The position numbers and the translations under genes were made by a program. From assembly GCA_905178155.1 (NCBI GenBank), contig CAJINV010000005.1:2234054-2298053 (forward strand): DNA of 64,000 nucleotides, given 5' to 3'. Every line of letters starts with the position of its first letter. The stretch's first letter is position 1. Under the pieces are notes generated by a model, which had not been told where the DNA came from, ran no database searches, and saw nothing but the letters and a program-made list of their open reading frames with translations. The DNA is from Amoebophrya sp. A120. Lineage: Eukaryota; Protista; Dinoflagellata. This document shows, in pieces, positions 1-11,844 of the stretch.

Positions 1-122
1 TGAAAATGAGCCAGGTAATGAGGAAGAAAATTTGTTTTGCTACCGCCCGCGTCAAAGCAAAAAATTCATTTTGCATGCACCGTAGAAAGGAAAATACTCT
101 CGTCATAAGTATCTATCTTCAG

Positions 123-1553
123 GTTGACTACCGCTTCTTCGTGGGACACCGGGGTCCGGACAATCCAAACGACATTGACGACGAGCCAGATGTGGAAGAA
201 GTTGGGGTTGTCGAGTCCTACCGCACCATCAACGTGAAGGCGCTCTCGATGGTTGCGCGGGCGAACGAGTTGTGGCCGAAACTGACGTTTCTCCTCCGCT
301 GCGACGACGACATTTACTTGCGTGTTTTCCCACTTTTGTACCACTTGGAGCGCCGCACGCCCGTCATGTACTGGTGGGGCAATTTCGACCACGGCAGCAA
401 CGTGGTGCGGAATGAAACCCATCCGCACTACAACACCTTCACGCAATTACCGGAACAAGCGCACCCGATGTGGGGCGATGTCTTCCCGTTGTACGCGCGG
501 GGGTCGCTTTGGATCATGAGCAGTGATTTACTCGAAAAGGTGGTCGAGGCGTTTCGGGAGGAGGAAAACGCTTACAAGAAGGGGGGCGACGCAAATTTGG
601 CGGAACTCGCGAGAACCATTCCGCACCCGGACGACCCCATGATGGGGATTTTTGTGGAGAATCTGGTGGATCGAGGGACGAACATCAATGTGGACGATAG
701 AGATTGGAATTTGTTCTCGTTGAACCCCTCGTGTGATGCGAAATTCTCCATGCTGCACGAACGGACCTGGATTATCCACCACGTCAACGCGGAAACCATG
801 GACTGCTTCTTCGACATTGACATGAAGAACTTCACCGCGTTCCCGACCCCGTTTCCGTTACAAAGGGACTTGCCGTCGCTCTGCACCTGCGCGATGAATG
901 TGACGGAGGAAGACAACGGAGACTGGGACGAATTGGAAGATCTGGCGCCCGGGCAGGACCACTGGTACCCGAGGAAAAGATTCAACCCAGAACTAGAATT
1001 CGTGGACGAACGGGATCAGGAGGAGGACGTTGCCACGTTGGACGCGCCGTCTTCTAGAAGTAGTGCTGGGAAAAGCACCAGCAGCAGTGGTTCATCTACT
1101 GAGGAAGGTCGTGCAAGAACAGATTCAGACAGCCCAACCGCTGCGTCGGAAGAGGATCAAGAATCGTCTGACGGTGCGCCATATCAAGTGTAAAAATGGC
1201 TGGGTCTGGAAGAGTGCGCGACTTGTTATGCAGCTTTTCCATGACCCATGAGGTCTGGAATGCAGGACCTAGCGTGACAGATTCTGTGCGATCTCTTTCA
1301 TGCCTATCCTGCGTGAGAAACTCCCTTGCGACTTGGTCAAAACTGGGCGACTTTTGGCAATCATGCAACACAGATTTTTGCATTCTTCAGATTTAGCATG
1401 ACAAGTTGCATTCTTCCAGACCCAGACATTTTTACATTTGATACGCCATCCGCTGCGGAATCTTCGGCGGGGTCTGAGGGAGCGGTAGAGGAACCGGTGG
1501 CTACTGAAGATGCTATTGGAGTGGGAGAGCCAACTTTGGTGGAGGAAATGTGA
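123..1553 (+). CDS. Galactosyltransferase family GT31 protein, 3' part (5' end outside window)
   Basis: Motifs LLRCDDDIYLRV (DxD), WGNF, FPLYARGSLWIMSSDL, PDDPMMGIFV. Intron 15-122 (gtaatg...cttcag). The frame stops at 1193 inside the TIR element but resumes in phase at 1449 (SAAESSAG...EEM*, stop 1553). Confidence 0.8.
1182..1443. mobile_element. MITE/introner-like element: ~48-bp imperfect TIRs and 5-bp direct repeat CGCCA
   Basis: Left arm TATCAAGTGTAAAAATGGCTGGGTCTGGAAGAGTGCGCGACTTGTTATGC; reverse complement of right arm TATCAAATGTAAAAATGTCTGGGTCTGGAAGAATGCAACTTGTCATGC. CGCCA at 1177-1181 and 1444-1448. Confidence 0.9.
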
Positions 1554-2420
1554 TGGTGAAGACGTTTCTTCTACCGGCGAGCGGCTTTCCTGAAACCTTT
1601 TTTTGGGTCGGAAAATTATGCGTCGAACAGGCAACCATTTAGAATTAGATCCAACATTCATACCTAGTGACAACCAAATGTACTTACTACATCTACAGTC
1701 AATTTGAATGAATTTGCAATCGCACGCCTTCGAAAATTTTCTAGTGATTTTCTTGTCGTTGTACTTAAATGGTAAGCTAAGGCATTCAAGAATGCCAATG
1801 CCTACCCTGTAGGAGCTTTTCTTTGTCGTAAAACAGTGTGTCTTTGCTGCTTGAAGTTTGGCTTCAAGCACGAGCATGAAGAAGTGAAAAAGTGGGTTTT
1901 CTGCTCGGAAGTGCGATTTCTTTGTGTTCAAGGCGTTTGGGTCGAAAATAATAAATCGGTCCTCAGTAGAAGAAGAAGTATTTTCATAATCATCGTTCCT
2001 CAAATTAAAAAAAGTCAAGCGGCAAGCGGTTCGAAGTTCCAAACTCTATTTCGTTTCAAGCTTTCAAACGGTCGTCTCGTCTGATGCGTTTTTAGAAATA
2101 TTATTTGTGTCCTTGCGTTTTGCCTTTGCGTGTACTCTGCCAGAACAAATTTGCAACTTCTACAACAAATCCCTACTCGCGACATCGAAACAGCCTAGAG
2201 CTGCGGCACCAGTGTTTTGATGTGCTTCGGTCAACATTTTCCGCTTGCAACAATCAATAAAGAAGCAACCTAACCTTGTCGTGGGAGAAATAGAATTCTC
2301 TACCACACGACCATGGTAGACGTGGTCAAAACACCAGCGCAGCTGCCTCTCACCACGCCCGACAGTCCGTCGGTTTCTTCCTCTTCAAGGAAAAGGCGAC
2401 GAGAAACTCGCGCCACCGCC

Positions 2421-5400
2421 ATGCGCGCTTCCGTCGCAAAAGTTTTCTGCGCGACCGCCGCAGTGGCCTCCAGGGCGCAGCAGAATGGCTGGGGAGCAAG
2501 CAAGTAAGTACCTGCTTTTGGAGTTGATGTTGAGGCGAGGAACAAGAAGCATTTTTCCATTTGAATGATTTGCATTTTCTTTTTACCATGCATAGTTGTA
2601 GCACCACATCTTCAGGTACGCTCCACCCCGTATAGAAGAGACCATCGTGGATTCACCGATAAGTGTCGAGACGGGCTTCAACTGGGTCGGGAGCAACAAA
2701 AACACCATGCTGCTGCACACAACGGCAGATAAGATGTACCGAAGTAGCGACTCAGGCTTTCTGTGGATGGACATAACGAAGGATCTGGATCCAAAGTACG
2801 AGATATGTTGCTTTACTACTTTTGTAATCGCGCATTAGAGATAATTGAGAGTTTGTCCTCAATGGGGAATACCTGTGCTACCCATGCGACATTGCCACTA
2901 TTCGGAAGAAAAACTTCGCAACTTCAGGGCCACCGGTCCGAAGGACACGGCGGGTGTGTCTCACATCGAAATAAGTCCGGCGGACAAGAGCGTCGTTCTC
3001 GCGGTGGGCACGGACAAGACGCACTACATAAGCGAGAACGCGGGCGTGTCCTGGCGAAAAATAGTGTCGAAAAACAAAATCAAAATGATGGCGTTCCACC
3101 CCACGAGACGGAATTGGCTACTTGTCACCAGTTGGACCACGGAGTGCGACAAAGTGTCAAAAAAGGAGAGCGGGTTAGGAGACAACACATGCACACACAT
3201 GGCCTGGGTCACCAAGGACCTAGGCTACTCTTTTACGCTCATTGACACGTATAATTGGTTGTAGCTATGCTTGATGTTGCTAGATGGAAATTTTTTGCCC
3301 GTGGTCATTCATACTGTCGAACAAGGAAAGAGATTCTTTTTCTACTGCTTCGGCTTGTTTCTCTTCGGCACACTATGACTATCGCCTTCATCTAATAAAA
3401 ACAGTTACATCGTCCAAGTGTCCTGGGGTACTGAAGCGCATCAACAGCAGGACTCCGTCTATTTCACGCACTATAACAAAAAGTCCGGGAACCAGCCCAA
3501 CACGCCGCACTTCACGCACCCAATAGAATTTTCCGTGACGCACAACCAGGGCAAAACGTCGACGACGCTGCTGGAGAAGGGGAACAGATTCATGATCAGC
3601 GACAAGTACATCTTTTGCGCGACCATGAGACAGCAGGACGACTTGACAAATTTGGCGTTGATGGTCAGCAACGACGGAGGAAGCACCTTCCAGCCCGCAC
3701 AGATCCCGGAGAAACTAGAGCAGAAGGGCTACACCATCGTGGACACCAGTGAGGGGGTATAGAAATTCTGATTCTAGTGGATGTTGTGGCTTGATGTTGA
3801 TCTAACGTGCCAACAATGTAGTTCAACCGCGACCTAGTACGTGTGCGAATACTTTATCCTGTCCAGCATGAGAGAGTAGGTCAATTGTTCACGAGAAACT
3901 TCTCTGTCAAACAGGAAGTCATGCTCGAAGTGAGACACGGGAGCGCCAGACACGGCAACGTCTACGTCTCCGATGAACCAGGTGTGCGGTACACGAGGGC
4001 GCTGTGGCAGGCGGAAGAAAACTCCGTCTCGAAAGTAGCCGGGATCGACGGGGTATTTGCGAGTCTGTAAAACTTTGTTTTTGCTCCTGATGCGGCCCAA
4101 TAGCGAATGGTGACCCGACTCGTCAATCGGGATGCATCGACCCAAGTGGTTTGACTGTGATGTAGGTGAAAAACAAAATTTCCTCCAGATCTACATGGCC
4201 AACGTCCGCATGGACGCCTCTGCGGCCGTCGGGGACCACGCGCATGGCACGAGACACGAACTCGCGGAGGAGGATATGGAGGAAAACGCGGCGGCACCAA
4301 AAAAAGCTGCAAAGCCCGGCAAGAAGGAAGACGTGATAAGGACTGTGATTAGTTTTGACAAGGGCGGGTTTTGGGAGCAGATACAAGGTAACTTTTATTC
4401 TGTCTTTTTTGGATGACGAAGCTAATCCTAATTTCGACCTGCGTGAAGATTGTTACTATGAAGCAATAGTAGAAACAGAACCAAGAATTTGTCTTTTTCT
4501 CAAGGTCCCCGTTTGGATTCCCTCGGCCAACCGATCACGGACTGCGCAGATTCACAAAACTGCTACTTGCACCTTCACGACATGATGAGCTACCGGACTT
4601 TCCCCGGATTCTACTCCCTCGACAACGCAGTCGGGATCATCATAGCAACAGGCAACATGGGCGATAGCATGCGATGGGAGACCGATTTGACCCATACGTA
4701 TCTAAGCAAGGACGCCGGCGTTACGTGGTCAGAGGTAAGTACAAGTAGTGGTTTTTGATGTTACAGCGTTTATCCGAAGTGAAGCAGCTGAAGCAATTTG
4801 CTGTTTCGATCTGTCAAACAGCAGGAAGTCTTGTTGCCAACAACAAGAAAATCAAAAAATATCTATCACCTTCACAGATTCATCGCAAGCCGATGATTTA
4901 CGAAATTGGCGACCACGGTGGGATTTTAGTGATGGCATCCAACAACGAGGCAACGAATGAAGTGCTTTACAGCTGGAACGAGGGCGAGAAATGGCAGACG
5001 TTGCAGATGGACCAACAGGGCAGAAAATTCAACGTGGACAACATTATCATTGAGCCCGGCGCGACTTCCGTCGTCTTCATCGTGCACGGAACCCGGGGTG
5101 GGAAAGGTATCGTCGCAATTGCTAGTGTGTGTGATCTGCATGACAGCCTATTGCGCAGCCGCGCTTTGTATAAGATTCTGGTTCTCATCCGCCTGCGCGA
5201 GGGATTCGTAGTAAGTCCAAATCAAACTAAGTACTTCTGTTATCGCCCTAACACCAGGCGTTCTCTACCACCTCGACTTTTCCGTCATGGGCATCCCGAT
5301 GTGCAACGAAGTCTGGTCCCCGGGCTCCGTGGCCTCCGATTACGTCCTCTGGTCGCCAACCGACACGAAAAACTCCGACCAGTGTCTGATGGGGAAGCAA

Positions 5401-6285
5401 GTCACCTACACGAGGAGAAAACCCACCGCGGAGTGCTTCAACGGGGAGCAGTTTGAGCGCCCGGTGCAAAAGAAGAACTGCCAGTGCACACAGGAAGACT
5501 ACATGTGCGAGCTGGGGTTCACCCGGGAGGTCGGGGCCATGGAGTGCACCCAGGTGGTGGTAGAAGCGGACTCCACGGAGGAGGAGGTAATACCCGAGGA
5601 GTGCAAGGACGGGTCACTCTACTACACACCAGCGGCGTATCGGAAAGTGCCGGGGGACGTATACAGGATTTTTTATTTGATGATCAACGAGCGAATTAGG
5701 TCCACATGAGAAATGCGTTTGCTGTTCATGCATGCTTGCGCACCATCAGTAGAAGTTCAAGTTTCATTTCTTTCCACGACATCGTCATGCTCGTCATAAA
5801 GCCTCGATCATCCTCGACTACATTACCCACAGGCCTGCGAGGGCGGGTGGATGGCGCAGAACCCGACCATAGGCTGTCCGGCGAATTCTGCGGTGCATCA
5901 CTTAGGCAGACTGGTTCTCCTCCTTTTCATCGTCGGCGCGGTCTATTTCGGGTACAAAAACGCGGACACCGTGAACTTCTTTGCGAAGAAGGGAATAGAG
6001 AGGTTCAACCAAGTGAAATACCAGAAACTCGGGCCGAACGCGGGGGACTTGGAGCACCAGGGCATCGATCACGCACTGGATACCTTTGTCGACCGGGACG
6101 ACTTTTTGCACTCCACCACCTACGACGAAGACGCGCCGGCGGTGTTCGAGCTGGAGGAGGAGGCGCCGAAGATGGTCCGCGGGCAGGCGGATTCGCTGAC
6201 GACACCCATTCCAGCGCTGTTTGCGCCCAGAAGTAGTGCGTCGGAGCAGGTGCAAACGTTCGGAACCATGGACGATCTGTTGTAG
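2421..6285 (+). CDS. Sortilin/Vps10-domain sorting receptor (about 10 exons)
   Basis: Signal-like N-terminus; repeated BNR/Asp-box motifs (SSDSGFLW, SENAGVSW, SNDGGSTF, SFDKGGFW, SKDAGVTW, SWNEGEKW); GIIIATGNMG; YEIGDHGGIL; Cys-rich 10CC region (CLMGKQVTYTRRK...CQCTQEDYMCELGF...YRKVPGD); TM helix; acidic dileucine tail DDLL*. GT-AG introns join the ORF pieces in frame. Confidence 0.93.
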
Positions 6286-7108
6286 GCTGCCGGCGGCGGT
6301 AGCGGCGAGATCATGAAACTGCGGGTTTTTGGTTTTGCGAAGTACTTTACAAATTTTAGGCTTCTCGAAGAAATTAAGCTTAGATCTGAATGTTCCCCTG
6401 ATTTTCACAAGAAACGTCTGAGGTGACAGCGACTGCCTTGCTGAATGTGCTTTAGAAAGTAATGAATGTGGGAAACGTCGGTGCCTGTGAGTTCAAAGGA
6501 ACGCAGGCGAGAAAAGACAAGGTTTTGAAACTTTTTTAACTCAGCAAGATCGTCATAAAATACAGAAAATCCTACACACCACATAGGCGTTGTTTTCGTG
6601 TTTTTGGTCAACGCTCGGCTTCCAAGCAGGTTGCTCAGTCAAAGGTATTGAGCGCTTCTTTCTAAGAGGCCAGAGCGCTGGATCGGTTTTCGAAAAATGC
6701 TTTTGGTTTTGCAATATCAACTCCAGATTCTACTGTATCTTTATTAAGAATTGCTATCGATCTGTGTCACAATGTGGCTTCTATGCGGATTCATTGTTTT
6801 GCGATTACTGACATTACGAGAGACTCTTTGTCCCCATTCAAGATGTGGTTTTTCTTGGTTGGCAAATAACTTGATGACGATGACACACCTGATTGTAGGT
6901 CTGTGGAGGCGTCATGCCGTGTAAAAACACTTATTTCTTTTGTTCTTGGAAGGGATCGGTTTGTGGGAGGTCTCTTGCTCTTCTGTGTGCGTCTAGATCT
7001 GGACCCTTCGAGAGTGGGAGCTGAGCGTGTGTGCTTTCTGCCAATACGTTCGAGTATTGTTGCAAGCCCGAGTGCGACGAGCAGGTCTCACGCAAAACGT
7101 GGAGCGTC

Positions 7109-7132
7109 TGTGTGTGTGTGTCTGTGTGTGTG
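7109..7132. repeat. (TG)n microsatellite
   Basis: tgtgtgtgtgtgtctgtgtgtgtg. Confidence 0.85.
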
Positions 7133-7516
7133 AGAGCCGAAAAAAAGCCTCCAACTCCACGATCAATGTTCTGCTGGTAGTGCTTGCTTCTGTGGTTTGA
7201 ACTTGAATAAACTCATGTCGACGGCCGGGTCCGGGACCTTCGCGCGGTCGGTGTTGCTGGCGGCCAGCGTTGTGGGCTACTTGTTTTCCGTAGTGGAGCG
7301 GCGCGGTTCCCACTTTGTTCGCCGTCCCCCCTTGAGCACGGGAGACGCGGTTCGTGTTCTCACTTGTTGGAGCAGCCGAGTGGTGTGCAAGCAGCCCAGC
7401 GGCGTAAGCTCAAAGTGTGGCTGATAATCCATTTCTGCGGATGTGACGCCGCACGAGCCCGCTGAAGCTGTGCAGGGTTCCGCGCCAAGCTTTTGAAGAG
7501 CCGGACCGGCGACGCC

Positions 7517-7890
7517 GTCCCAGTCCTGGCGCAGTTCGGGCGCCCCCGTCGCGGAGGGGCGGCGCGATCCCGGTCGCCGCCAAGAGGCGGCCCGCCCGGC
7601 CCGCGGCCCGCCAACAGCCTGGCAGCGGGGGTGCCGGGGCTGGTCGGCCGCCCACCCTTCCGCCAGCCGTCTCGCCGGCAACTCTTCACGCGCGCGCCGC
7701 GGACCTTGGGCCGCGCGCCGGCCCCGCGCGCACCCTGGCGCCCCGCCAGTTCCTCGCGAACGCAGGGCCCACACAGGCGCGCGCGCCAGGGCGCTAGGTT
7801 TTGTCGGCCTGCATAGGCTATCGCCCCCCCGGGGCGCGCGGAACGGGCATTACGGCTTTGCTGGGGCCGCTGCGCCTTTTCCAATTGTCA
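7517..7890 (+). repeat. GC-rich dispersed repeat, copy A
   Basis: Shares cctggcgcagttcgggcgcc, tgggccgcgcg, ggcccayacaggcgcgcgcgccagggygctag and ataggctat...gcgcgcg blocks with copies B and C. Confidence 0.85.
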
Positions 7891-8430
7891 GGAACAGCGA
7901 CTTGCGACTCTCACTGTCTTCCAATTGTGCGCTTTTCCGTGGTTCTTTTCGCTCTGTTTCAGATCTACCCAAAACCGTTGCCTCGAGTGTGTGAAAGCCG
8001 CGAGAAAGTCTTGAAAGGAACATCAACGCTCATTCTGGGGATTGGGAGAGCCGATGCAAAATCAAAGGCAACGTTACCGCCGACCGTCCTTGTTTCTTAT
8101 GTTGAGAGCTAGAGAGACATTGCCATTGGCATATGGTGAAGGCCGGGGCCCATATTGAGAGCAGTTTGCATGCGGGCAGTGTGTGTGCGTATTGTTCGCA
8201 AATTTAAGTACCATGGTAGCGTTTTCTGCTATTTGAGACAAAAAGGGGCGTATGGCTTGCCCCAGGCAGCAGACGAACAAAATGGGCAGCGTCACCGGAG
8301 CGCAATCCGGGTACGTAAGTGCCTCTCAAACGGCGCATGGCTCGTTGCGGTGCATGTTCTGCGTTTCTGTATTTCATACCACCATCGGGCGTGCGGCCCC
8401 GTGCGGCTCTGCGAGGACCGGGCCGGCGGA

Positions 8431-9176
8431 GCCATCCCAACCCTGGCGCAGTTCGGGCGCCCACATGGCGAGCAGGCAACGCATTTCCGGGCGCCACGTC
8501 TGGCGTCGTAGATCTTCATGGCAGTGCGCTGATGCCTTCGGACAGCCCAAGAGTCTGCCGAGCGACGCCGTTCTCGTCCAAGGGTTCCAGCGTGCCAGCG
8601 CGAAAGTTGCAACCTTCTTTGCCTCGGACAATCTTCGCGGCCACCCTTGGCGTAAAGAGGGCCGAGGCGTCGCCTTTGGTGCGGCGCGCCGGCGCGGTGC
8701 TGCGTGTTCTGTTCTGTGAGCCCGACGAGGGGGGCCAACGGGTTCCCGCCTGCCATCCGTCTCGCCGGCAGTTTTTTGCGCGGGCGCGCGCCGCAGAATG
8801 TGGGCCGCGCGCCCGCTGGCCCGTCCCGCGCGCCAGCTTTTCGCGCCCCCCGCTGTTTCTCGCGAAGGGCCCATACAGGCGCGCGCGCCAGGGTGCTAGA
8901 CTCGATATATTGGCTCGCATATGGATAGGCTATTGCGCCATCCGGGGCGCGCGTAACGAGCACAGCGGCTTTGCTGGCGCGAGCCGCTGCGCCTTTTGCA
9001 ATTGTTCAGCCACCAATTTGGCCGAGGTTTTCTATGTCGACGGAGCGGGAAGGAGCGCGGCTCCCCGCACGCAGTGCAGTGTTCATTGCCAGGTATGGAC
9101 CAGGAGCGAGCGCCATTATATCATCTGCGCAGTGAGGAGCTTTTCGTATGCGCTCGCGCCCGGACTTCGTGTTTTT
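8431..9176 (+). repeat. GC-rich dispersed repeat, copy B (with ~250-bp internal insertion)
   Basis: Same blocks as A and C. The 3' extension gttcattgcc...atggaccaggagcgagcgccattata...gcagtgaggag...gtatgcgctcgcg...ggacttcgtgttt is shared with copy C. Confidence 0.85.
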
Positions 9177-9314
9177 TTGTTGGCGCGACCCTCCCAAGTC
9201 ATATGTAGTGAGGTCACGAACTGCGTTCTATCCTAGCGTAGTACTCTGCGACTCGTGCCGCCCGGCGCCGTCATCTCCTGTGTCAGTCTCCCTGCCAGCG
9301 CCCCGCATCAAAAG

Positions 9315-10595
9315 ATGGCCACGACCGGTGGCTTCTTCTCTGTCGACGCGCCCCCCGCTCCGGAGGACGACGACGATGCAGCGGAGGAGCAGAAGCGGCT
9401 CGTCAACCGGGCACGACTGGCCCTGCACGTGGACCGCGATGTTAGCGACGTGCAGAAGCGTGCTAACCAGTTCCAGGCCAAGCTGAAAAAAGCGATCAAC
9501 GAGTCCGAGCCGGGCACGGTGAAGTGGAACAAAACGGCAAGCGGCAGTGGGAGTTTTTTGTCTACCTTTATCAATAAGCGGCAAAGCAAGCCGGCAGCTG
9601 GAGTTGGGGAGGTTTTGTCGGGAACGGGAAGTGGCTACACGAGTACCGCAGAGAAAAATGTTCCAAGTGGTCAAACAGACGCCTCGTTAGGACTCGACGC
9701 CCTGCATCTCTCGCCAAACCCTCAAACAAATCTCTTGGAGAAACATCAGCCGAGCGACACGCCACCGCACGCGGGCTCCAAAGATACACGACTCCCAGCC
9801 ACGGATGACGTGGTTGACAGGAAGCGACAGGAACAGGACCAGGACGACCTGCTGAACCGCTTGGAGCAGCTGATTGCGCAGACGACGCAGGCAAGCTACG
9901 CCGCGTTTGAAGACTCCGAACAAGAAGAGCGCGTGAACGCGGAGATGATGGGCATGATGAAGCCGAGTCTCGCTGAGAAGCTGCGCAGCTCGAACGAATC
10001 AGCGCAGCAGAGACAAGTCGCAGCCAATCCGGCGAACAAGACGCAAGAGTTTTCGACCGGAGCTACAGGATCCACATTCTTCCCGAAGCAGACGAAAGTG
10101 CCTTTGGCGCCCACGGACGGTCTCGATGATGACAATCATCCGCTATTCGGGTCGCAGAAGAAGAAAATTCAGGAGGCCATGAACTCCACCGCGAATACTG
10201 TGGAAGCAAGGAACCGTGTGGAAGATCGGCAGAATAAGATGAAGGCGCTTAGGGAAAAGGTTTTGAAACAGGCGAAACAAAAACCAACAACGGGCAGTAC
10301 AAGACCACCTCCGGCAAACAGTTCTTTCACGAGTTCTAACATAGGTGGACAGTTCGCAGCAGCAGAGGTTCCAGGCAGTGGCGTCGGTAGTAGTCAACTG
10401 CAATCTGAGAAGCAGGCAATCGAGCAGCTGCTGCGCAGCAAAACGTACTTGTCGAAAGCAGAGCGGCAAACGTTCTTTCGCAAACAGATGCTTTTACTGC
10501 ATCCGGACAAGCGGGTTCTCGAGGAGGACAAAAATAGCACAGCCCTTTTTCAGCATCTCATGGAACAGCAAAAATGGTTTCTTGGGCTGGAGTGA
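9315..10595 (+). CDS. Protein with C-terminal J-domain-like (HPD) region
   Basis: Uninterrupted ORF. The C-terminal FFRKQMLLLHPDKRVLEEDKNSTALFQHLMEQ fits J-domain helix II-HPD-helix III. ATG at 9315 is preferred as the start. Confidence 0.7.
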   Translation: MATTGGFFSVDAPPAPEDDDDAAEEQKRLVNRARLALHVDRDVSDVQKRANQFQAKLKKAINESEPGTVKWNKTASGSGSFLSTFINKRQSKPAAGVGEVLSGTGSGYTSTAEKNVPSGQTDASLGLDALHLSPNPQTNLLEKHQPSDTPPHAGSKDTRLPATDDVVDRKRQEQDQDDLLNRLEQLIAQTTQASYAAFEDSEQEERVNAEMMGMMKPSLAEKLRSSNESAQQRQVAANPANKTQEFSTGATGSTFFPKQTKVPLAPTDGLDDDNHPLFGSQKKKIQEAMNSTANTVEARNRVEDRQNKMKALREKVLKQAKQKPTTGSTRPPPANSSFTSSNIGGQFAAAEVPGSGVGSSQLQSEKQAIEQLLRSKTYLSKAERQTFFRKQMLLLHPDKRVLEEDKNSTALFQHLMEQQKWFLGLE

Positions 10596-11153
10596 TGTTT
10601 CAAAATCACAGGACGATAAAGAGAAGCTCCCAGGGAGGTTTCGTAGTTTCCGTTTCAATCAGAATATAAGAAGTACCTTCTACTTGTGATATCAGCAACG
10701 CTTCATGCTGCAGAGAGAGCTCCGCTCGTGGAGATTCACCGGTGGCGGGCGATTGCTCAGTGTTCGTCTCAAAAGTACTTATTAGAAATAGAATGACGAG
10801 AATGCTTTGGATGTTTTTTGCTTGTGGAGACGAGGGGGTAGTTACCATTGCGGAGGTCTTACTGTGGTTTCCTATTTCTCTTCAAAACTCCATGGGTGGG
10901 AGATTCAGTGTGAGGAGTTGCCTGCGACGTCATTGTAAAAAATACGCTGTGGCATGCATTGGTATGTGAATGTGATGTGCACACCATGTCGTAGAGCTCG
11001 TCACAATTGTCAATTGGATCGCTAAACTAGCTTTTACCATGGATGCCACCAGGTTGTTGAATTTTTGAACAACACCTTCCAAAGATGGCGCCCCACTCCG
11101 AGTATGTAATCTTGCGTTGGGTGCGCGATTCCGTCGCGTCTGGTCTGGGTCAG
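10471..11153 (+). repeat. Segmental duplication, left copy (J-gene 3' end + intergenic + truncated CH-gene start MAPHSEYVILRWVRDS)
   Basis: Aligns by eye along its length with 14191-14825 (e.g. tgcatcc..gaggacaaaaa..tttttcagca.ctca; ttgaatttttgaacaaca.cttccaaagatgg; ccactccgagt.tgtaat; tgggtgcgcgattcc.tcgcgt.tggtctgg). Confidence 0.85.
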
Positions 11154-11300
11154 GTACCCAGGACCCAAAGAACGCACATAACAAAGATCCGCATGCCCCG
11201 GGCCGGCGTGGCAGAAATAACTAGTCCGCAGAAACCAGATCTGCGCACCCTACCGGGGAGCGGGCGAGCCACCCGATTGGGGCCGAGTGGATTCAAGCTA

Positions 11301-11827
11301 TCCGAGCCCTGGCGCTGTTCGGGCGCCCCCATCGCGAGCAGGCTACGCATTTCCGGGCGCCAAGAGGCGGCCCGCCCGCCGCGGGAGTTTCGGGGCGGAC
11401 CGGCCGCCTACCCGATAGCTACCTACCCGGCTGCTGGCAAACAATTCTTCGCGTGCGCGCCGCGTGCTGTGGGCCGCGCGCACGCCGGCCCCGCGCGCAC
11501 CCTGCCCTTTCCCCCGCCAGCTTCTCTCGCGCGGCCCATACAGGCGCGCGCGCCAGGGCGCTAGACTTTATCGGCCCGCATAGGCTATCGCCCAATACGG
11601 GACGCGCGGAACGAGCGCCGTGGCTCTGCGGGAGCCGCTGCCCCCTTTTCAGTTGTTCAGCCAATGTGGCCGAGGCTCCCTTTCTACATCGACGGGGCGG
11701 GAAGAAGTGCGGCTCCCCGTACGCAGCCCAGTGTTCATTGCCACGCATGGACCAGGAGCGAGCGCCATTATATCCGTTTCGCAGTGAGGAGTTTCTTGTA
11801 TGCGCTCGCGCATGGACTTCGTGTTTG
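11301..11827 (+). repeat. GC-rich dispersed repeat, copy C
   Basis: Same conserved blocks as A and B; ends immediately before the satellite. Confidence 0.85.
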
Positions 11828-11844
11828 GCATGCATGTGCATGCC

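Noticed and set aside
7277-9236. Multiple overlapping 100-300 aa ORFs on both strands
   Set aside because: Arg/Ala/Pro/Gly-rich by-products of the GC-rich repeat; frames are not conserved between copies.
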